NCBI GenBank assembly: GCA_041485695.1
Contig: JBGPJZ010000002.1
Span: forward strand, 65,499 to 129,498
Direction of reading: 5' to 3'
Length of the DNA: 64,000 nt
From: Minisyncoccia bacterium
GTDB taxonomy: Bacteria; Patescibacteriota; Minisyncoccia; Phycocordibacterales; Phycocordibacteraceae
Shown: positions 1 through 10,687 of the stretch, one piece after another
How positions within the stretch are numbered: the stretch's first letter is position 1
Layout of the letters: each line of letters opens with the position of its first letter
Program-made: the position numbers and the translations under genes
Notes under the pieces: model-generated
Databases searched by the model: none
Told to the model about the DNA's origin: nothing
What the model saw: only the letters and a program-made list of their open reading frames with translations

Positions 1-389
1 ATGAGGATGATGCCGAACGCCACGTACCATGAAAGCGTCTCGCCGAGAAAGAGGTATGCGAGGGCGAAGGTGAACACGGTCTGGAGCTGAAAGAGGGGCG
101 CGACGACCGATGCCTCCTCCTTCTGTATGGCGCGCAGATAAAAGAGCATCGCGAGCATATAGAGCGCGCCAGCGATGGCCATGATGAATGCGCTCAGTGC
201 CGAGACGCCGAGGACCGCGGGGTCGAAATACCAGATGACGGGGAGCGTGAGGAGCCCGAGGAGCGCGGTGAAGATCATGAGGACGGCCGTGTCGCTCCGC
301 GCGAAGTATTTGCTTACCAGATACTTATCGATATGAAAGCCAATGCCCCAAAAGACGGGGCCGGAGAAGGCGAAAAGGAGCCAAAGCAT
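1..389 (-). CDS. EamA/DMT-family transporter (5' part; runs off the window)
   Basis: Manual translation MLWLLFAFSGPVFWGIGFHIDKY...KEEASVVAPLFQLQTVFTFALAYLFLGE; hydrophobic with an EamA-type signature; ATG at 387-389. Confidence 0.8.
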   Translation of the reverse strand, partial: MLWLLFAFSGPVFWGIGFHIDKYLVSKYFARSDTAVLMIFTALLGLLTLPVIWYFDPAVLGVSALSAFIMAIAGALYMLAMLFYLRAIQKEEASVVAPLFQLQTVFTFALAYLFLGETLSWYVAFGIIL

Positions 390-400
390 ACGAGGTCGAA

Positions 401-436
401 GTATAACAAACCCCCGGCCCCTCTCGGGGCCGGGGT
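401..436 (-). terminator. Intrinsic terminator after groEL
   Basis: CCCCGGCCCC-tctc-GGGGCCGGGG hairpin (412-435) followed by TTTGTT on the minus strand. Confidence 0.7.
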
Positions 437-448
437 CTGCATCTTATC

Positions 449-2403
<1,955 letters not shown>

Positions 2404-2528
2404 AGGGATTTACAAGCTGCTAAGGTGCTCGCAATATAGAGAAACTAACGTTTCCCCGCAACTTGACAAGTGCAGTGATTAAGACGTAAAGTTGATATCA
2501 GGATTCCAACCGCAAAGGCAGAGCAACA

Positions 2529-2699
2529 ATGGAAGCACTTTTCAGCACTCCGCTAGGTGGCGTCGCCTTGGGAGTTTTCTTTATCGGTGCCGCATACACT
2601 TTCGGAATGTTCCTCGAGATTCTTTGTCTAGTGCTTGATTTGACATCTCGTGTGGTGCAAAGCGCTATCGAAATCGGGAAGTACTATCTGGTTGATTGA
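2529..2699 (+). CDS. Small hydrophobic protein (56 aa), not in the ORF track
   Basis: MEALFSTPLGGVALGVFFIGAAYTFGMFLEILCLVLDLTSRVVQSAIEIGKYYLVD; TTGACA-18-TAAAGT upstream (2463-2492); hairpin plus T-tract downstream (2709-2745). Confidence 0.6.
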   Translation: MEALFSTPLGGVALGVFFIGAAYTFGMFLEILCLVLDLTSRVVQSAIEIGKYYLVD

Positions 2700-2792
2700 T
2701 TCGATCGGGCGCGAGGGGGTCAAGGGACCCGCTCGCGCTATTTTTATACCCATTTGCGCCCAATTAGTTGACGTGATAACCTATCCATAAAG

Positions 2793-3032
2793 ATGGAGGC
2801 ACTCGTATCGGCACTGCCGTACGCAGAGATTGTCCTCGCCCTCCTCACCATCATCGGCGTCGTGCTTCAGCAGCGCGGTGCAAGTCTTGGCGGGGCGTTC
2901 GGCGGCGACAACTTCGCGTCAACCTTTTATAAGCGCCGCGGCGCAGAGAAATTTTTATTTAACGCGACTATCGTCGTCGCGACCCTTCTCGTCATCGCCG
3001 CGGGCGCAAACTTTCTTCTTATATCGTCATGA
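2793..3032 (+). CDS. secG: Preprotein translocase SecG
   Basis: VVLQQRGASLGGAFGG...RRGAEKFL between two TM helices. Confidence 0.93.
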   Translation: MEALVSALPYAEIVLALLTIIGVVLQQRGASLGGAFGGDNFASTFYKRRGAEKFLFNATIVVATLLVIAAGANFLLISS

Positions 3033-4756
3033 ACGAACGCATCGCGCGCTGGCGAGAAGCGCTCACGCGCCCCCGCGTCGTCGAAACTCTAGAGAGATTG
3101 CGCGCGTATGTCGAGGGTCTTTCGCGCGGCGACCGAGTTATCGCCTATGCGCTCGGCGCCCTCGTCGCCGTCGCCTCGGTTACGAGCCTTTATGCGCTTG
3201 AACAGCATCTCCTCGTGCGCGTCCCGACGTATGGCGGGACCTTGGTTGAAGGCGAGGTCGGGAGCCCTCGCTTCGTAAACCCGCTCCTCGCTATTTCAGA
3301 CGCCGATCGGGACCTTACGACGCTCACCTACGCCGGGCTTATGGGCATCGGGGGAGACGGCTCTCTTATCCCGGTCATAGCAAAAAGCTATAGCGCTTCT
3401 CCCGACGGCAAGGTGTACACGTTTGTGTTGCGCGATAATGCTGTCTTTAGCGACGGATCGCCTGTTACCGCAGACGATATCGTCTTTACCATCCAAAAGG
3501 CGCAAGATCCGGGGTTAAAGAGCCCGCAATTTGCAAACTGGAGCGGCGTTATAGCGGTAGCGACTGATGCCCACACCGTTACGTTCACCCTCGCGAAGCC
3601 CTATGCCCCGTTTCTTGAAAACACCACGCTCGGCATCTTACCTGCCCGCCTCTGGCGAAGCATCCCTGACGAGCAATTCCCCTTTTCAACGCTTACGCTT
3701 GAACCTGTTGGCGCCGGCCCTTTCAAAACATCGGGCGTCTCGCGCGACGCAAGCGGCCTTATCACGAGCTACTCGCTCTTAGCAAATGTTCGGCATCCCT
3801 TGGGCAGACCCTACCTCTCGGGCGTCAAGTTCATCTTCTTCTCTCGCGATGAAGACTTGGTGAAGGCTCTCCAAAACGGCAACGTGCAAAGCGCGTACGG
3901 GCACCCCTCCCTCTACGCACTGACAGCCCCTTACTCGCGAGTCTTCGGCGTCTTCTTTAATCAAAGCAACAATCCCGTATTCGCACGCCTTGAGGTGCGG
4001 GAGGCGCTTTCGCTCGCGGTTGATCGCGCAAAGATTACTGAAAAAATCCTCGGCGGCTACGCGACGCCAATCGTGGGGCCGGTACCGCCGGGGGCGAACA
4101 TTAAGGAGACGCCGGTGCCTGTTTTTACTGACCCGACGAGTAAAGCAGCCGAGATACTCGTAAACGCTGGCTGGCAGTATAACGGCGCAGCACGGGTGTG
4201 GAAGAATGCGAGCGCCAAACTCTCGCTCGATTCGATTACGGTCAAGACATCGAACGTGCCCGAGCTTAAGGCCGTCGCTGGAGCCGTGAAAACCGACTGG
4301 GAAAAGCTTGGCGTCGCGGTCGACATTGAGCTCTATGAGCCTGGTGACCTTAACCAAAACGTCATCCGTCCGCGTAAATATGAGGCGCTCCTTTTTGGGA
4401 TGGTCATCGGGCGGGATAAAGATCTCTACGCCTTCTGGGACTCACAAGAGCGTAACGACCCCGGGCTCAATATCGCTCTTTATGCCAATAAGACCGTCGA
4501 CACCCTTCTTGAAGAGGCACGCCAGGCGAGTGATCCGAGTACGCGCCTTGCTGACCTCCAAAAGATCGAGGACGCTATCGCTCTCGACTACCCGGCCGCG
4601 TTTACGCATGCACCAGACTTCGTCTACACGGTGCCGCAACAACTCGGCGGCGTTGCGCTCCCGCAGATTACGACCCCTTCAGATCGATTTGCGACGGTTG
4701 TCGATTGGTATCTTACGACTGAAGCGGTCTGGCCCTTTTTGAGTACGCAGAGGTAA
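3029..4756 (+). CDS. Membrane-anchored peptide ABC transporter substrate-binding protein (family 5)
   Basis: YTFVLRDNAVFSDGSPVTADDIVFT and PVGAGPF motifs; N-terminal TM helix. Confidence 0.9.
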   Translation: MNERIARWREALTRPRVVETLERLRAYVEGLSRGDRVIAYALGALVAVASVTSLYALEQHLLVRVPTYGGTLVEGEVGSPRFVNPLLAISDADRDLTTLTYAGLMGIGGDGSLIPVIAKSYSASPDGKVYTFVLRDNAVFSDGSPVTADDIVFTIQKAQDPGLKSPQFANWSGVIAVATDAHTVTFTLAKPYAPFLENTTLGILPARLWRSIPDEQFPFSTLTLEPVGAGPFKTSGVSRDASGLITSYSLLANVRHPLGRPYLSGVKFIFFSRDEDLVKALQNGNVQSAYGHPSLYALTAPYSRVFGVFFNQSNNPVFARLEVREALSLAVDRAKITEKILGGYATPIVGPVPPGANIKETPVPVFTDPTSKAAEILVNAGWQYNGAARVWKNASAKLSLDSITVKTSNVPELKAVAGAVKTDWEKLGVAVDIELYEPGDLNQNVIRPRKYEALLFGMVIGRDKDLYAFWDSQERNDPGLNIALYANKTVDTLLEEARQASDPSTRLADLQKIEDAIALDYPAAFTHAPDFVYTVPQQLGGVALPQITTPSDRFATVVDWYLTTEAVWPFLSTQR

Positions 4757-4775
4757 TTATTTAATTTTCACCACT

Positions 4776-6722
4776 ATGAACACACCATCACCACGACCAG
4801 CACCGCCTCCGGGCCAGGGTCCGCGACCGTTTACGCCTCATCCAGGAAGCGAGCGAGGACCACGGCCCTATGGCCCGGGAAGAGAGGGCGACCGCCGCCA
4901 GGGCGGTCGACCCTATGGCGGTCGAGGCGGCGGGGGCCGCGGCGGAGGGCGACCGGGCGGCGTACGTCGCCGCATCGAGCGTATGCTCCGTCGGCCTACC
5001 GCAGCCCCTAGAAAGCCTCAGAGCGCCGATTACTACCCAGAGCCAGCAACCGGTAACACGGTACGCATCGTCCCTTTAGGCGGCATTGAGGAGGTGGGCC
5101 GCAATATGACCGCCGTTGAGGCCAACGGCGATATCCTCGTCTTTGACGCGGGCTTCCAATTCGTTTCTGAAGACGGATCCCCGGGTGTCGACTACATCCT
5201 CCCCAACACCAAATATCTTGAAAAAAACCAAGACCGCGTGCGCGGCGTCATCATCACGCACGGCCACCTCGACCACATCGGCGGCATCCCGTTCGTGCTC
5301 CCACGCTTCGGCAATCCTCCAATATACACGCTGGCTCTGACCGCAGTGATGATCGCGAAGCGTCAGGAGGAGTATCCCGATATCCCAAAGCCTGAAATCA
5401 TCACGGTCGAAGTCGGCCAATCGATGACGATTGGCCATACCAAGGTCAAATTCTTTCCCGTTACGCACTCTATCCCCGACTCAATGGGCGTCTCCCTAGA
5501 GACTCCGCAAGGAAACGTCGTCATCACCGGCGACTTGAAGCTTGACCACGATGACGGTATCCCCTCAGAGAAAGAGAAGAGGGTGTGGGGCGAGATTGGT
5601 AAAGACAAGAATCTCTTTTTCATTGCGGACTCCACAAACGCAGAGAAAGACGGCTTCTCTATCCCTGAAAAGCGCGTGATTCAGACACTCGAGGACATTG
5701 TGCGCACCGTGAATGGTCGGCTCATTATCGGCACCTTCGCCTCACAATTTGAAAGGATGGTGAAGATCATCGAAATTGCAGAAAAACTCGGCAAGAAAAT
5801 CGTGACCGAAGGACGCTCTATCCGCACCAATCTCGAGATTGCCGAGAAAATGAACCTTTTGAAAATCGACAAAGGCACCATCATCCCCTCACAGGCGATT
5901 GGCGACTACCCTCCTGATAAAATCGTAATCCTCTCAACGGGTGCGCAGGGTGAAGAGTTTGCGGCCTTGATGCGCATCGCGACCAAGCAGCATAAGACCA
6001 TCTTCCTCAATGAACGCGACACCATCGTCCTCTCTTCATCCGTCATCCCGGGGAACGAGCTCAACGTGCAGAAGCTGAAAGACAATCTCTACCGCCAGGG
6101 AGTGACGCTTATCCACTACCGGTCAAGCGACGTGCACTCGACCGGCCACGGCAATACAGGCGAACTCGTATGGATCAACAAACAGGTTCATGCCAAGTAC
6201 TTCATGCCTGCCTATGGCTACCGCTCAATGACCTTCTGCCATGCAAAAGCCGTCGAGCAGAGCGGCTTCCCAAAGGAGAACATCATCTTGGCTGATAATG
6301 GCACCGTCATCGACATCGAAGACGGCGAGAAGCTGAACGTGCACAAGCAAAAAGTCCCTTCGACCCAGATGGTGGTCGATGGATTTTCGATTGGCGATAT
6401 GCAAGAGGTCGTGATACGCGACCGGCAGATGCTCGCCAAAGACGGTATGTTCGTGATTATCGCCTCGATCAATATCAAGACCGGAAAGCTCCGTAAGTCG
6501 CCTGACATCATCTCGCGCGGCTTCATTTACCTCCGCGAATCCCAAGACTTGCTTAACCAAGCACGGCTCCTCATCAAGAAAACCGTCGAGGACTCAACCC
6601 GCAACATGAACCCCATTGACCTTGACTACGTTAAAAACAACCTTGCTGACGTGATGACGGGCTTCCTCTTCACCCGTACGAACAAAGCCCCGATGGTCAT
6701 CCCTGTGCTTATCGGGATGTAA
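4776..6722 (+). CDS. rnj: Ribonuclease J with a Pro/Arg/Gly-rich N-terminal extension
   Basis: PLGGIEEVGRNM, THGHLDHIGG, HSTGH and PDIISRGF motifs. Confidence 0.96.
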   Translation: MNTPSPRPAPPPGQGPRPFTPHPGSERGPRPYGPGREGDRRQGGRPYGGRGGGGRGGGRPGGVRRRIERMLRRPTAAPRKPQSADYYPEPATGNTVRIVPLGGIEEVGRNMTAVEANGDILVFDAGFQFVSEDGSPGVDYILPNTKYLEKNQDRVRGVIITHGHLDHIGGIPFVLPRFGNPPIYTLALTAVMIAKRQEEYPDIPKPEIITVEVGQSMTIGHTKVKFFPVTHSIPDSMGVSLETPQGNVVITGDLKLDHDDGIPSEKEKRVWGEIGKDKNLFFIADSTNAEKDGFSIPEKRVIQTLEDIVRTVNGRLIIGTFASQFERMVKIIEIAEKLGKKIVTEGRSIRTNLEIAEKMNLLKIDKGTIIPSQAIGDYPPDKIVILSTGAQGEEFAALMRIATKQHKTIFLNERDTIVLSSSVIPGNELNVQKLKDNLYRQGVTLIHYRSSDVHSTGHGNTGELVWINKQVHAKYFMPAYGYRSMTFCHAKAVEQSGFPKENIILADNGTVIDIEDGEKLNVHKQKVPSTQMVVDGFSIGDMQEVVIRDRQMLAKDGMFVIIASINIKTGKLRKSPDIISRGFIYLRESQDLLNQARLLIKKTVEDSTRNMNPIDLDYVKNNLADVMTGFLFTRTNKAPMVIPVLIGM

Positions 6723-6723
6723 G

Positions 6724-7644
6724 TTATCTTAAGGGTGTGCCGGAGGGTATCACGGGCATATCTTTGTACGAAGCAAATAAGTCCTCGAGGGAACGGACAG
6801 GTACTTCTGTATTCAGCGCCCGAGCCTTGGGCAGATTCCAGTACGGGACGCTGGTCCAGCGATGGTGTTCGAAGTGATACCAGGTATTGTGCGGAACAAA
6901 AACGAGTCGGTACAGGAACCGAGCATAAATGCGATGGACATCCGCCGTACCCATGTGTTCTGTCCAGATTCGTAGGCGAAAGACTGCCCAGAATGCCGAC
7001 CCCATAGCGGCAAACCAGATCAGTAAGATCCACCACATACTGAAGTGCCAGATGATAAAGAGCGCCACTACCCACCAGACAACCGGTACCAACTTATCTT
7101 TAATGGAGTCCCGCACTGCGATATAACTCAATACAAAAAACTCTTCTTCTACACCTCCAAAAAGAAACATATCCCCGAAGAAAAACCGTATGATGCGCGC
7201 TACTCTCGCAGGCAAGTCATAGTGCGGAGCGAGGTGTTTCTTGTGGTACAACTCTGGATCCTTTTCAGTTCCTAGATTTTCATGATGCGTAAAATGAAAC
7301 CGCCGATAACCGCTGATGCCGATGCCCATCGGCCAGAACACGAGCAATTCAGCAAGGAAATCATTGAGCCACAATTTACTGCTAATGTGCCCATGGGCCC
7401 CTTCATGCCCCAGAATGACAATGGAGTGTTGACGTGTGCCTGTTACGAATGTCGCGAGAATGGCAGTAATGATGAGAAAAATATCCCAGAGAGGAGCGTA
7501 ACCGCGGCTTTCCGTCAATTGAAAAACTTCATACACGGCTGCCATCGAAAGTCCGATGATTCCCCAGTCTATGAGAGCGGCAAGGAGCCACCGTGCGATG
7601 CTGGGGCGACTTATTGAGGCGGCTTCTGGCGCGGGAGGAGGCAT
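6724..7644 (-). CDS. Membrane fatty-acid desaturase family protein
   Basis: Three His boxes (HEGAH, HFTHH, HFEHH) plus TM segments and VPYWNLP. Confidence 0.88.
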   Translation of the reverse strand: MPPPAPEAASISRPSIARWLLAALIDWGIIGLSMAAVYEVFQLTESRGYAPLWDIFLIITAILATFVTGTRQHSIVILGHEGAHGHISSKLWLNDFLAELLVFWPMGIGISGYRRFHFTHHENLGTEKDPELYHKKHLAPHYDLPARVARIIRFFFGDMFLFGGVEEEFFVLSYIAVRDSIKDKLVPVVWWVVALFIIWHFSMWWILLIWFAAMGSAFWAVFRLRIWTEHMGTADVHRIYARFLYRLVFVPHNTWYHFEHHRWTSVPYWNLPKARALNTEVPVRSLEDLFASYKDMPVIPSGTPLR

Positions 7645-7679
7645 GTTCTTGAAGCTTGGGTGATTTTATCATAGCAGCG

Positions 7680-8492
7680 TCAAGGGTGTACATCCATTGT
7701 CTCTTTGCGTTGTGCGACGATATTGCAGAACATGAAGATGTTATCTACGAAATGGGCTGGTTTGATTTTTATCCAGCCGCGAGGTAAGAGGCGGTAGAGT
7801 TCGTACTCGGGGAGTAGCTCTGACAAGCTGTGGAGCGTGTAGTTGCGGCGCAATTGGAGAATATTAAATTCAAATTGTATGAATCTCGGCTTGAATCGCT
7901 CGATTGTTTTGCGCGCACCTAACAGTACCTCGCGCTCATACCCTTCAGTATCTATCTTTATGAAATCAAGCTGTTTGAGTGAGAGCTCCTCGACGACATG
8001 ATCGACGGTAGTGACAGGGACCTCTTCTCCCCTAACTCCTATCGGCATCAAATTTTTATCGAGTGTGGCGGTAGCGGCTCGCTCTCCTCTTGAGAAGAGA
8101 GTCGCGGCGCCGTTAAAATCTGCTACCGCAGTTCGGAGCGCGACGACCCTCCCGGCATTCTCGGCCTCGACTTTCTGTAATTCTACAAACGAAGAGGTGG
8201 AGGGCTCAAAAGCATAAACGATGCAGTTTAAATGGCTGTGGAGCGCTTTCGTGTAATTGCCGACGTTCGCACCAATGTCTAAGCAGGTACGTATGCCTGC
8301 AGGTTTCAAGACAGACTTTATAAACCATTCTTCACCGGTAAACCTGGGCTGCTTGTACGCGTTATCGTACCCGAGCCCGTGGAGCGAAAGATTGATGAGC
8401 GCGTGATGAAACCCCTGCATAGACGGCCGGCCGCATACTCTCGCATAATAGTTCGCCGCTATCCACGCGTAGTGCTTCAGCCGCTTTTTCAT
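7680..8492 (-). CDS. FkbM-family SAM methyltransferase
   Basis: LDIGANVG, YAFEP and DFIKIDTEGYEREVLLG motifs. Confidence 0.9.
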   Translation of the reverse strand: MKKRLKHYAWIAANYYARVCGRPSMQGFHHALINLSLHGLGYDNAYKQPRFTGEEWFIKSVLKPAGIRTCLDIGANVGNYTKALHSHLNCIVYAFEPSTSSFVELQKVEAENAGRVVALRTAVADFNGAATLFSRGERAATATLDKNLMPIGVRGEEVPVTTVDHVVEELSLKQLDFIKIDTEGYEREVLLGARKTIERFKPRFIQFEFNILQLRRNYTLHSLSELLPEYELYRLLPRGWIKIKPAHFVDNIFMFCNIVAQRKETMDVHP

Positions 8493-9313
8493 GAGAGCAC
8501 ACTACCACGCGGTAACTGGAAACGGTTACCGCGTTTTTGTATGAGATGCTCGGAGAGAAGTGCGGAAAGGGCCGCGCGGAGCTGCGCGCGGCGAGAGAGG
8601 CCGAGGAGATTCGCAAGAGATGCGGACGTGCGCCCGCCCCCGACAAGCGCACGGAGGATCGCCCCACGCGCTTCGCGATTAGAACCAGCAAACTTCGATT
8701 GTTTGACGTAATGTTTGCTTTTTGTGTTTAGTTTTATGCCCGACTGCTTTAAGTACGCGCCGTAGTCCATCAAGGCCGAGTACCACTTCCTCGCCTCCCT
8801 TTTTGGGAGTACCTGCTCAAGGATTTTTGTAATCTGCACGTCGGAAATGTCCTTCGTATCGCCAAAAAAGTGGTGCAGAACTGCCGTCCGGATATTCGTT
8901 TCGATAAAAATGCAATCTTTGTTGAAGGCGAAAGCCACGACAGCGCGCGCTGTATAGGGACCCACGCCATCGAGCGCTTCCCATTGTTCGACGGTTCTCG
9001 GGAACGAGCCTCGATAATGCCCGACAATCTCTTGCACAGCGTGATGCAGGTTACGGGCTCTGCGATTGTAGCCGAGGCCTTGCCACACTTTGAGCACGCT
9101 TGAAAGAGGTGCTACTGCCAAACGTTCGACCGTGGAAAATTTCTCTAGAAATCGCCAATAAAACGGGATGACGCGTTCCACCTGTGTTTGCTGGAGCATT
9201 ACTTCAGATACTAAAATTCTGTATGGATCTTTAGTTTTACGCCACGGCAGATCATGCCGCCCGTGTTTTTTATAATGCACCCACACTATCTTTCTAAAAT
9301 CTGTATACAACAC
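8489..9313 (-). CDS. mutY: A/G-specific adenine glycosylase, short form without an Fe-S motif
   Basis: LPWR, DPYRILVSEVMLQQTQV, WQGLGYNRRA and HhH LDGVGPYTA; GTG start 6 nt after TAGGAT. Confidence 0.9.
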   Translation of the reverse strand: MLYTDFRKIVWVHYKKHGRHDLPWRKTKDPYRILVSEVMLQQTQVERVIPFYWRFLEKFSTVERLAVAPLSSVLKVWQGLGYNRRARNLHHAVQEIVGHYRGSFPRTVEQWEALDGVGPYTARAVVAFAFNKDCIFIETNIRTAVLHHFFGDTKDISDVQITKILEQVLPKREARKWYSALMDYGAYLKQSGIKLNTKSKHYVKQSKFAGSNREARGAILRALVGGGRTSASLANLLGLSRRAQLRAALSALLSEHLIQKRGNRFQLPRGSVLS

Positions 9314-9338
9314 GTCCGTATCCTACCTCTGCTGGTAT

Positions 9339-9369
9339 AAAAAGAAAAAGAGCACCACAAGTGGTGCTC
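9339..9369 (-). terminator. Intrinsic terminator of the candidate ncRNA
   Basis: GAGCACCAC/GTGGTGCTC hairpin followed by TTTTTCTTTTT on the minus strand. Confidence 0.8.
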
Positions 9370-9371
9370 GA

Positions 9372-9630
9372 AGGAGGGAAAGTTGCTGGACTGCATAGAG
9401 CCACGCGATCTTCGACTGAACCGCCCCCAGGGGTGGTCGTCACCTCATGCCGGTATTCGCTTGCGTATTCTAGACTACGCGCACTTGTTCTTTGGCATCC
9501 TGGAGCACCGCTTTGCGCAAAGCGATACTCCATCGAGAGTCGTACATTCTCTCGGGACACTTCTAACCCTTTCCGGTTTCAGCATTGGCCATTGATACCC
9601 GCGCCCAGGGCAACTCCAGCAACTGACCCG
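9372..9630 (-). ncRNA. Large structured ncRNA of unknown family (~260 nt)
   Basis: 10-bp closing stem 9381-9390/9615-9624, several internal helices with minus-strand G-U pairs, own promoter and terminator, no credible ORF. Confidence 0.75.
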
Positions 9631-9635
9631 CCCCT

Positions 9636-9663
9636 ATACTATGCCTCTCGACACGAATGTCAA
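9636..9663 (-). promoter_or_regulatory. Sigma70-type promoter of the candidate ncRNA
   Basis: TTGACA (9658-9663, containing the nth stop codon)-16 bp-TAGTAT (9636-9641). Confidence 0.7.
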
Positions 9664-10358
9664 CTCGCCCTTGGCCAGCGTTTGTTGGCGGGCGGCCAGA
9701 GCTTAGTAAGAGGATGTGCGGAGCAGTCATGTGGGCGCGCTGGGCAGAGATAGCGGCCATAGAGGACGAGGCCATTATTCACATACTTCCAATCTTTCTT
9801 TGGTATCAGTGACTCAAGGTCTTTTGAGATCCTTTTGAGATCGCTTTGATCAGTCAAATCAAAGCGCTTCGCGAATCTTTTTACGTGGGTATCCGTAGGT
9901 ATCCCCTCCCACGTGTCATAAAGCTCACCTAAGACGACGTGTGCTGTTTTGTAGCCCACGCCAGGGAGCGCGACCAGCTCTGCTTCGGTACGTGGCACTT
10001 CCCCACCGTACTTTTCTTCAATAATCTTCGCGGCCCCTATCACCGCCTTGGCTTTATTACGGAAAAATGGGATTGAAGAGATTTCTTTCGTGAACACGGT
10101 AAGATTTGCCCGAGTAAAGTCTTTCGGTGTCTTGTATCGCTTAAAAAGCGAGTTCGTAAGTTTATTCACTGCTTTGTCAGTGCACTGCGCTGAAAAAACA
10201 ACTGCTGCAACAAACTGGAACGGCGTTTCATGCCTGAGCTCGCTCTTCGGGACGGGGTACGCACGTTTTAAATAGGAGAGAATCTTCTTAGCTCTTGCCC
10301 GGCGCTCTTTAGCTTTTGAGGGAGTCACTAGCACAGCATAAAGGAATGGCGGGCTCAT
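9660..10358 (-). CDS. nth: Endonuclease III with a degenerate Fe-S motif
   Basis: SAQCTDKAVN, LPGVGYKTA and PTDTHV motifs; C-x6-C-x2-H-x5-W. Confidence 0.92.
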   Translation of the reverse strand: MSPPFLYAVLVTPSKAKERRARAKKILSYLKRAYPVPKSELRHETPFQFVAAVVFSAQCTDKAVNKLTNSLFKRYKTPKDFTRANLTVFTKEISSIPFFRNKAKAVIGAAKIIEEKYGGEVPRTEAELVALPGVGYKTAHVVLGELYDTWEGIPTDTHVKRFAKRFDLTDQSDLKRISKDLESLIPKKDWKYVNNGLVLYGRYLCPARPHDCSAHPLTKLWPPANKRWPRAS

Positions 10359-10657
10359 TCAAGAGCCCGCCTCTTCTTTCGCTTGACTCGCTTCGTAAGC
10401 GTCTCGCTAATCTCCTGCCGTACATAGACGCGAGCCCCTATCTGAATCTGAACATTGATGGCGTCGGCGACATTACTTACTAGTTCACGAATTTCCTTTC
10501 GCGCCCGACACCCATTCAACTGTCCGTTTTTTGCGCAACGGCGCCACGCGCCCAGTAGCTTTTTCTTATCTCTGCGAGTATACACATCCGCTGCCGCAAA
10601 AAGAGCACCGAGCGGGCGCGTGAGCCGCGTCCACGGTATATCAAACCGCTTGTCCAT
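10355..10657 (-). CDS. Hypothetical basic protein
   Basis: TATAAT (10687-10692) and GGGGGAG SD upstream; overlaps the nth start (ATGA). Confidence 0.55.
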   Translation of the reverse strand: MDKRFDIPWTRLTRPLGALFAAADVYTRRDKKKLLGAWRRCAKNGQLNGCRARKEIRELVSNVADAINVQIQIGARVYVRQEISETLTKRVKRKKRRALE

Positions 10658-10687
10658 TTTCTCCCCCAAAAGAACCCTTCTATCGGA

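Noticed and set aside
2404-2460. CIRCE operator upstream of groES
   Set aside because: No TTAGCACTC-N9-GAGTGCTAA inverted repeat is present.
9372-9630. Confident assignment of the large RNA as RNase P, tmRNA, SRP, group I intron or raiA
   Set aside because: Only fragmentary resemblances (a GAAG-capped hairpin, a possible P4-like pairing); the diagnostic conserved sequences are absent, so it is left unassigned.
9294-9775. Short ORFs in the track overlapping the nth-mutY gap
   Set aside because: No protein-like motifs, and they cross the promoter or terminator; the region is better explained as an ncRNA.
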